The notes under the pieces are model-generated. The model was not told the origin of the DNA, searched no databases, and saw only the letters and a list, made by a program, of their open reading frames with translations. Shown piece by piece: positions 44,768 to 51,026 of a DNA stretch of 51,026 bases (positions are counted from its first letter, which is position 1; every line of letters starts with the position of its first letter). The DNA is taken from NCBI GenBank assembly GCA_025355445.1, contig JANXZQ010000236.1, positions 1-51,026 of the forward strand, read 5' to 3'. This stretch comes from Gammaproteobacteria bacterium. Lineage in GTDB: Bacteria > Pseudomonadota > Gammaproteobacteria > Steroidobacterales > Steroidobacteraceae. A program made the translations under genes and the position numbers.

Positions 44768-45141
44768 GAATCCGCCAGCGCGGTATTTCACCCATTGCTG
44801 TCTAATCTCGTCATTCGATCGTGTCAGTGGCAGAGTCGAAGATTGCGGACAACCTTTGAATTTGCATGAGTACAGACTAGGACCAGCGTAGCGATAGAGC
44901 CCCACAATGTGTCCAGGTGACCAAATGCCAGTAAAACGCCACTCGCGCTTTTGGTTGAAAAACGGATGAATCGTGGTGGAAGACATTCAATGCGTTAATT
45001 GTCGCACTCGACACCCGCCATGGGCGAGCCGGCGGCCACTAATTCTCCCCATTCGACGTCGGGCCGTGCATTTCAGAGCGTCGGCACGATCGTAACCCCC
45101 AGGAAATATAGCTCAACGCGGCTTTCTGCCTTACAGGACAA

Positions 45142-45162
45142 GGGACCGCCACTCAGGGTCCC
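45142..45162 (-). terminator. Hairpin about 70 nt downstream of the 72-aa ORF
   Basis: GGGACC-N9-GGTCCC, followed on the minus strand by TTGTCCTGT (weak U-tract). Confidence 0.3.
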
Positions 45163-45232
45163 CTATGGCTTCCGTCCGGACCTCAGTTGGCTCGCGTTTG
45201 AGCTCCGTCGAAGCGCTGGTTCTAAACGAGCG

Positions 45233-45451
45233 CTACGCCGGCGGCGCCTTCGCTACAGCGGCGAGGTATTCGCGAATCTGTTCGATTTCGTGAGGTGCTG
45301 CTTGCCAAGCCTGCAGATGACATGGCGATGACAGACGCAGCGCCCTCGATTCAATCAAAGCAGCCGCTACGTCGGCGAGCAAATATTCTCCGAGGCTCTC
45401 GTTTCCGCATTTTGGGCAGGTCACGGGAAAGCGGATGGTGGGTTCAGGCAT
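45233..45451 (-). CDS. Hypothetical zinc-ribbon-like small protein
   Basis: 72-aa ORF, 'IRFPVTCPKCGNESLGEY...SSPCH'. It lies 15 nt downstream of the wHTH ORF. No SD, and moderate GC3. Confidence 0.4.
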   Translation of the reverse strand: MPEPTIRFPVTCPKCGNESLGEYLLADVAAALIESRALRLSSPCHLQAWQAAPHEIEQIREYLAAVAKAPPA

Positions 45452-45466
45452 AGAGGCGCGGGCGAA

Positions 45467-45835
45467 TCATTGGAAGTGCGAGGCGGAGATTGCGGTGAGC
45501 GCACCGCTGTACTTGGAAAAGAGTTTCAGCGTTGCCGGCGGAATTACCAGCAGACTCGCACGTCCGTCGTCGGGGTGCTTTTTCCGGATGACGACTTCAT
45601 CGACGATCATTCGGTTTAGGCGTCGTCGTAAGGTTCCGCGTGAGCAGATATCGACGAGGTAGAGGCGCTTCAACGTCAACGGCTGTCCGCGCTCCTCTCC
45701 ATAGCCAATCTCGATGACGATGTCGTAGTCGATGACAGACTTTAAGAAGGGAAGATGTGCTCGCTCTGATTGTCTTATTTTTCTGAGGCCGGCGAACAAC
45801 TTCATGAGATAAGCGGTACCCGTGACTGTAGGCAT
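45467..45835 (-). CDS. Hypothetical winged-helix (MarR-like) DNA-binding protein
   Basis: 'GQPLTLKRLYLVDICSRGTLRRRLNRMIVDEVVIRKKHPDDGRASLLVIPPATLKLF' has a helix-turn-helix plus wing pattern. The start is uncertain (45862, 45835 or 45805), with no SD. Confidence 0.5.
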   Translation of the reverse strand: MPTVTGTAYLMKLFAGLRKIRQSERAHLPFLKSVIDYDIVIEIGYGEERGQPLTLKRLYLVDICSRGTLRRRLNRMIVDEVVIRKKHPDDGRASLLVIPPATLKLFSKYSGALTAISASHFQ

Positions 45836-46704
45836 AGTGGCTGGACCAGCCGGCCACCGCAAGCGTTAATAGGCTCAAATGTGAACGCTAGTTCTCACGC
45901 GCCGAGGCCTTTGGGGCGCTACAAAAACACCGGAAGTGAGAGCAATGAGGGCGCGGCGGGGCGGTTTGGACTCGGGTCGGAATCTGGAAGAGCAGGCAAG
46001 ATTTTTTAGCAGTTCATCGAACGACGGTGAGGCCGCAAAATTGCGCAGTTCATCGAGCGGCCATTCGGCGACAATCGCCAGGAATGAGCAGACTGCGCGA
46101 GGAATTGTGTTCGAATCAAGGCGTGACGCGTGTAAAGACGGCATGATCGGCCTGAGCAGGTGCACGAATTGAATTCGACCGAGCGATAGACAAAGAATGC
46201 GCCGTTGCCAGACCTCCCAAAACCCTCCGGGATCGAGGGATACAAGGCCTCCCGATAGGAGAAGGCGTGTTTTCCGTGTCGCAACTGATGGTGGGACATG
46301 GCAAGAAGCACAGAGAGGGGTGGCGATAACTCATTGAGTCCAACTATTTTTCCTGCCTCCTGGCTAGGCCCGACGCTCCCTTAAGAATCAGAGAGTTGCG
46401 AGCGCGATCTTGACGCTTGAGGCACACAAATGCGAGACGATACTTTGATTTCTCACGATATCGGTAGCAGTGAGGTGCCTACCTGAAATCCGATATAAAT
46501 CCGCGAGTGACCCAGGCCTATAAAAATTGCCAAATCGGCCCGGAAATCAAGCGGACCGCTAACGGGAGTTCCAACAATTCAGGGGTTCTATGGTGGCAAG
46601 GCAGAAAAGCGCAGAGATGTCGTCAGGGATAAACGATATGAGAAGATGACACAGGGAACCGAATATCTAAAATGGGCCGCCGATCAGGGCCTTGGGAGCA
46701 GCGA

Positions 46705-49134
46705 GTGATATCCGAGTCGGGCATGGACCTGGACTTTCTCGCCGGCGGCGGCGGCATGGGCGAGCGCATTCGCGCCTATCCATGGGCGCACACTCCGCTA
46801 GGCGACCCGCAATTCTGGCCGCAAAGCCTACGCACCGTCGTGCGCTTAGTGCTGGCGACGCAGCATCCGATGTTCATCTTTTGGGGCCCCGAGCACACGT
46901 GTCTTTACAACGACGCCTATAGCCGTTCCCTCGGTTCAGAGAAGCACCCTTCTATCTTGGGTAAGCCGGGCCGGCAGTCTTGGGAGGAAATCTGGCCGAT
47001 CATCGGTCCGCAGATCGAGCAGGTGATGCGGGGCGACGGCGCAACCTGGCACGAAAATCAACTCGTGCCGATCATTCGTCACGGCGAGCTGCAAGATGTG
47101 TATTGGACGTATGGCTACAGCCCCATTGATGAGCCGTCATTTCGTCAAGGCGTCGGCGGCGTGCTCGTCGTCTGCACCGAGACGACCGAACAGATGCAGA
47201 CCGAGCGGCGGCTTTCAGCCGAGCGCGAGCGGTTCGTGCAGCTATTTGATCAGGCACCGACCTTTCTTGCCCTCCTTAGGGGCAAAGATCATGTCATTGA
47301 ACTTGTCAATCCGGGCTACCAAAAACTCATTGGTCAGCGCTCTGTCGTCGGGCGGACAGTGGCCGATGCGCTTCCGGACGCGGTGGCACAAGGCTATCTC
47401 ACGATCTTGGATCAGGTTTATTCGACTGGAAAACCTCATTCGGCCGCTGCGGCCAAGTACGCTGTGCAGTCCTCACCCGATGGTCCCATCGATGTGCGAT
47501 ACCTTGACTATGTGTATCAACCCATTACTGAGTGCGATGGCGCGGTCAGCGGCGTTTTGGTGCAGGGGGTCGATGTGACCTCACGAGCCGCGGGGGACGA
47601 TGCGCTCGCGTTCAACCTGGCACGCCTCGATTATGCGACTCGCCTGTCCGGGATCGGATTTTGGTACTGCGACCTGCCGTTCGATGAGCTCAAGTGGGAC
47701 GAGAGGGTCAAGGATCACTTCTTTTTTGAACCAACCGCCCGGATTACGATCGACGACTTTTACGCGAGAATTCACGAAGAGGATCGCGAACGAACCCGCG
47801 AAGCGATTGATGGATCGATCCGACATCGAACCCCGTATGACATCATTTACCGTACCGTGCATCCGAGCACCGGAGTCGTCAAATGGATACGCGCGCTCGG
47901 TGGCACCGACTATGCAAGTGATGGCACGCCGATACGTTTCGATGGCGTGACGGTCGATGTGTCTGCGCAGAAGTTGAACGAGGAGCAACTACGCGAGCAG
48001 GACCGTCACAAAGATGAATTCCTCGCAACCCTGGCGCATGAATTGCGAAATCCGCTCGCGCCGATTCGCACCGCAGCCAGTCTTTTGGAAGACGCTGCGT
48101 TGAATCCCGAAGCGATCGAGCGCAGTCGCACGATCATCGCCCGGCAGGTGCGTCACATGGCGACGCTACTCGATGATCTGCTCGAGGTCTCGCGCATCAG
48201 CCGCGGGGTTTGTGAACTTAGAAAAGAGCGTTCTAGCCTTCAGGGCCTGTTGGCGGAGGCACTTGAGACCGCACGGCCGGTTATTGATGCAAAAAGTCAT
48301 CGGTTGATCCTCGATTGGCCTTCAGAGCCCTCGGAAATTGAGGCTGATCCGGTCCGTTTTGTGCAAGTGGTGACAAATTTGCTCACCAATGCCGCAAAGT
48401 ACACCGACCCCGAAGGGGAGATTTTCTTTGGCGCGCGGATTGAGAATGATGGCCTTCTCATCACCGTGCGCGATAGCGGCATCGGCTTAAGTCCCGACAT
48501 GCTGCCAAAACTGTTTGAGATGTTTTCGCAAGTGAATCCCCATCACGAGCGCACCGAGGGCGGTCTTGGCATCGGCCTCGCCTTGGTCAAAGGCCTGGTG
48601 GAACTGCATGGGGGGCACGTAGAAGCACGAAGCGAGGGTCTCGAGCGGGGCAGCGAATTTACGGTCTCCCTTCCCGGTGTCCATGTCGCTACAGGCATTC
48701 ACCCTCTTTCGCCGGCGGCCGCGACCGTCGAGCCGACAAGCCCAATCGCGGTATTAGTCGCCGATGACAATCGCGATGGCGTCGAGAGCTTGGCGATGCT
48801 ATTAGAGTTCGCGGGGCATCAAGTCCACATTGCACACACGGGGGTCGAGGCCTTCCAGATGGCGAAACAGCATGTGCCCCGCGTGGCGATTCTCGATATC
48901 GGCATGCCGGGCTTAAGCGGTTACGAATTGGCGAAGAGAATTCGCTCTCAGCCCTGGGGATCCGAAATCGTCCTCATTGCCATGACCGGTTGGGGCCATG
49001 CGGATGACAAACGTCGTGCCCACGAGGCGGGCTTTGATCACCATCTGACCAAGCCGGTCGATCCTGACACTTTAGAGCAGCTGATCACTACTTGCACGAT
49101 CGAGCCCGCATTTAAGGCCATTAAAGGGATTTAG
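46705..49134 (+). CDS. PAS-domain hybrid sensor histidine kinase (PAS x3, HisKA, HATPase_c, receiver)
   Basis: GGGAG lies 6 nt before the GTG at 46705 (alternative ATG at 46723). 'WPQSLRTVVRLVLATQHPMFIFWGPEHTCLYNDAY' is an N-terminal PAS domain. The H-box is 'HKDEFLATLAHELRNPLAPI', with N/G boxes 'NLLTNAAKYT' and 'GLGIGLALVKGLVELHGG'. The receiver is 'VLVADDNRDGV..VAILDIGMPGLSGYEL'. Confidence 0.9.
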   Translation: MISESGMDLDFLAGGGGMGERIRAYPWAHTPLGDPQFWPQSLRTVVRLVLATQHPMFIFWGPEHTCLYNDAYSRSLGSEKHPSILGKPGRQSWEEIWPIIGPQIEQVMRGDGATWHENQLVPIIRHGELQDVYWTYGYSPIDEPSFRQGVGGVLVVCTETTEQMQTERRLSAERERFVQLFDQAPTFLALLRGKDHVIELVNPGYQKLIGQRSVVGRTVADALPDAVAQGYLTILDQVYSTGKPHSAAAAKYAVQSSPDGPIDVRYLDYVYQPITECDGAVSGVLVQGVDVTSRAAGDDALAFNLARLDYATRLSGIGFWYCDLPFDELKWDERVKDHFFFEPTARITIDDFYARIHEEDRERTREAIDGSIRHRTPYDIIYRTVHPSTGVVKWIRALGGTDYASDGTPIRFDGVTVDVSAQKLNEEQLREQDRHKDEFLATLAHELRNPLAPIRTAASLLEDAALNPEAIERSRTIIARQVRHMATLLDDLLEVSRISRGVCELRKERSSLQGLLAEALETARPVIDAKSHRLILDWPSEPSEIEADPVRFVQVVTNLLTNAAKYTDPEGEIFFGARIENDGLLITVRDSGIGLSPDMLPKLFEMFSQVNPHHERTEGGLGIGLALVKGLVELHGGHVEARSEGLERGSEFTVSLPGVHVATGIHPLSPAAATVEPTSPIAVLVADDNRDGVESLAMLLEFAGHQVHIAHTGVEAFQMAKQHVPRVAILDIGMPGLSGYELAKRIRSQPWGSEIVLIAMTGWGHADDKRRAHEAGFDHHLTKPVDPDTLEQLITTCTIEPAFKAIKGI

Positions 49135-49553
49135 TACTTCAAAGGAGGGCCTGCGCCTATCTCCTGCAGCACAGCCGCGAGTCGCCCGTAGTCATTCGCC
49201 TTATCCAAAAAATACGCTGCGCCCAGGGCGGTCGCGGCCGTTTTGTATTCAGGTAAATCGTAATTCGTCAATACTACGATTCGCGGCTTCACAGCCATGT
49301 GCGCCAACGCTCGCATCACACCGAAGCCTGTTCCCTGCTTCAAATTCAAATCCAAAATCATCACGTCCACGCAATTGCGGGCAACAAAATCGACCGCGGA
49401 AGATTCAGTATCCGCGGCACCGATCAAGTGCACAGTGTCGATCTGGTGAAGCATTTCCGTCAGCCGCTGAATCAACACTTGGGAATCCTCGACTAGTAAA
49501 ACCCGTAGCGACTGACGCGTTGCCGTAGGAGAAGGTGAGGTCGAGGATTCCAT
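49131..49553 (-). CDS. Stand-alone response regulator receiver protein (paralogue of 26445..26858)
   Basis: 'RVLLVEDSQVL..VDVMILDLNLKQGTGFGVMRAL..IVVLTNY..GAAYFLDKANDYGRL'. It is roughly half identical by eye to the other receiver. It is convergent with the kinase and the stops overlap by 4 nt. Confidence 0.88.
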   Translation of the reverse strand: MESSTSPSPTATRQSLRVLLVEDSQVLIQRLTEMLHQIDTVHLIGAADTESSAVDFVARNCVDVMILDLNLKQGTGFGVMRALAHMAVKPRIVVLTNYDLPEYKTAATALGAAYFLDKANDYGRLAAVLQEIGAGPPLKY

Positions 49554-49993
49554 AGGTGCAGTCTATTGAAAGAGTTCAGGCAAGAACCAGAGGGGATTAA
49601 TCGGTTTGGATGTAGGCCGACTCTCACCCAGATTATGGATTCTGAGGATTTTCGAGCCACTGTGACGATGCGCAAGCAATCTCGGACGGCCAGACTTGCA
49701 ACGAAAAAGGCAACGAGGGCCGCCTTCTGTCGACAGGAACCCTGACCTGCCGGCATTCTTTGGTCCACTGATGACTTAGGAAATGGTCATTGTCTAATGT
49801 CCGTGTGCGCGCTGACGTTCAGGATCACGACCATCCCAATGGCAGCGGGGATCGAAAAAATCTCCCGGGTACCTTTAGTCTGTTTATCGGCATCCGCGAA
49901 GCTAGCCTCCAATCCTTTGGTCATGCGGAGGAACATTCGTCTCTTCTGTTCGTTACCATCGGACATCCTTGCAAATAACTGTCGACATCGAGT

Positions 49994-50887
49994 TCAAGGA
50001 TGAGTGTTGAACGAAGAATTCGTAGGAAGAGGCGGGGAGCCGGCGGTGCGGGACTCGGCCGCGATGGCGTCGGAGGTGAGGCGGACGACCCGTATAGTCG
50101 CGATTCCTGAATTGTTATCGAAGAACAGGTGCTCGAGACCTGGTATGGAAGTAACTGCGTCATTGACGTAGAGGAACAACTCGCCGTCCGACTTCGCTTT
50201 GATCACGCCGTTGAGGAATTGCCGATCGTTGGGAACAGACTAGGCCGACTTCATCGCGGTCGGGGCTGCCAAGCAGTGTCACTGCAGCGTCGAGTTCGGC
50301 GTCGCCTGTGGTGAGCGCGCCATGGTCACGCAGCGATTGCGACAGCTGTCCGAGATTCATCAATACGCCGCTGGGCGTCAAGATATTGAACATGTGCGGC
50401 AGGGTAATTGGCGCGTAGGAATCTGATCCATACGTCATTCGGGTCAGAACGCTCCAGTGGATGTTCGAGAGCAGGGGGGACCCTTTGTAGGTGAATCGTG
50501 GGGTTTGGCGGGGCGAGTATCGATAGTAGGCGGAGAGTCCCGCTCGGGAGTCGTATAGCCTTGCGTAAGAGGATTTCGCGGCAACGAGTTTTCGTGCCTA
50601 GTCTGCAATGAGGACGAGGCCGTTGTTGGCGGCCTCGGCCATGATCCATTCGAGAGCAATGAAGGAGAGACGATCTTCCGGATAACCACCGCCAACGTTC
50701 GAGTGGACGCCGGCAAACCAAACTTGTGTGAGGCGGCCGGAAAGAGTTGGATCTTGGCAGCCGATTCGGCTTCCCACTCCTCGTCCCATAACAAGGGATG
50801 AAATGTCGTTCGCTCGTCATCGAGTGAGAGGGCGTGGACGGCTCGCTTGACGCAGAGAGAGAGTTTCAAGTCGCCGAAGAGCATGGG
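49994..50887 (-). pseudogene. DUF2235 (Tle1-like alpha/beta hydrolase) gene remnant, N-terminally truncated with two frameshifts and an in-frame TAG
   Basis: The fragments read 'FGDLKLSLCVKRAVHALSLDDERTTFHPLLWD', 'LTQVWFAGVHSNVGGGYPEDRLSFIALEWIMAEA' (the DUF2235 hallmark), then TAG at 50598-50600, then 'LYDSRAGLSAYYRYSPR...' in the same frame. After another shift comes 'DGELFLYVNDAV..FFDNNSGIATIRVVRL'. Confidence 0.7.
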
Positions 50888-51026
50888 TGTGTAGCTTCAG
50901 CGACTTCTGGACAAAAGGCTAGCGCAAAGATGAGAGACTTCGATCTGCTGCGGGCGCCCCGCAGACGGAGCGAAGTGAATGAGCAAACGCGAACATCGAC
51001 GATTTACGGCGGAACAGAAACTGGAG
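50888..51026 (+). mobile_element. Left end of an IS3-family-like insertion sequence (partial, runs off the window)
   Basis: The DUF2235 homology ends abruptly at about 50885. From about 50888 the sequence reads 'TGTGTAGCTTCAGCGACTTCTGGACAAAAGG' (TG-initiated, IR-like). The ATG at 50979 opens 'MSKREHRRFTAEQKLE', typical of IS3/IS911 OrfA HTH_Tnp_1 N-termini. Only 16 codons are visible. Confidence 0.45.

Noticed and set aside
44495-44986. 163-aa minus-strand ORF overlapping the 3' end of the alpha/beta hydrolase by about 270 nt
   Set aside because: The overlap with a well-supported gene is large. It has no SD, no recognisable motif, and low GC3 outside the overlap.
45875-46343. Three overlapping minus-strand ORFs (96, 101 and 75 aa) considered as real genes
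   Set aside because: They are mutually exclusive frames with no SDs. They are better explained as one broken ancestral gene (see the integrase-tail finding) than as three functional ORFs.
1-51026. CRISPR arrays, rRNA/tRNA genes, long tandem or interspersed repeats
   Set aside because: Visual inspection found no regularly spaced direct repeats and no conserved RNA-gene motifs. The only tandem repeat noted is the 15-bp duplication at 27996-28025. A computational repeat scan would be needed to be certain.

Overview
GC-rich bacterial chromosomal segment. The gene content (YbiI, PotF, AsmA, ElaB/DUF883 and several ECF sigma factors) suggests a free-living proteobacterium, but that is inference only. 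I support about 55 protein-coding genes, and I saw no rRNA, tRNA or CRISPR array by eye.

Core content:
- serC-serA
- an rRNA m5U methyltransferase
- secreted peptidases and hydrolases (S9, M28, alpha/beta TAP-like, two amidohydrolases)
- a Tat-exported flavoprotein
- a short BLUF photoreceptor
- an orphan PotF-type binding protein next to a MocR regulator
- an AsmA-family protein
- a small-protein cluster that includes DUF883 (stress-type by analogy)
- two ECF sigma modules: a textbook ECF42 YciI-VOC-YciI-sigma operon, and a second sigma with a Cys/His tail and no anti-sigma partner
- a PAS hybrid histidine kinase with a stand-alone receiver protein, which has a paralogue 22 kb away

I did not recognise a complete known defence, toxin or mobile system. 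What stands out:
1. The anti-sigma-less ECF sigma heading a DUF4142 - cupredoxin - DUF488 operon.
2. A near-consensus sigma54 promoter with a perfect 14-bp upstream palindrome in a 610-nt gene-free gap, driving a small internally repeated protein.
3. An unusual density of decayed genes. These are a frameshifted SDR, an MBL-rhodanese deletion remnant, an ammonium-transporter 5' stub, a frameshifted secreted protein, and a DUF2235/Tle1-like gene with frameshifts plus an in-frame TAG that is cut by an IS3-like element at the window edge.
4. A more AT-rich, Shine-Dalgarno-poor islet (about 44.8-46.7 kb) with a wHTH gene, a zinc-ribbon gene and a possible tyrosine-recombinase tail remnant.

All functional calls come from reading the translated ORFs against remembered family signatures. 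No searches were run.
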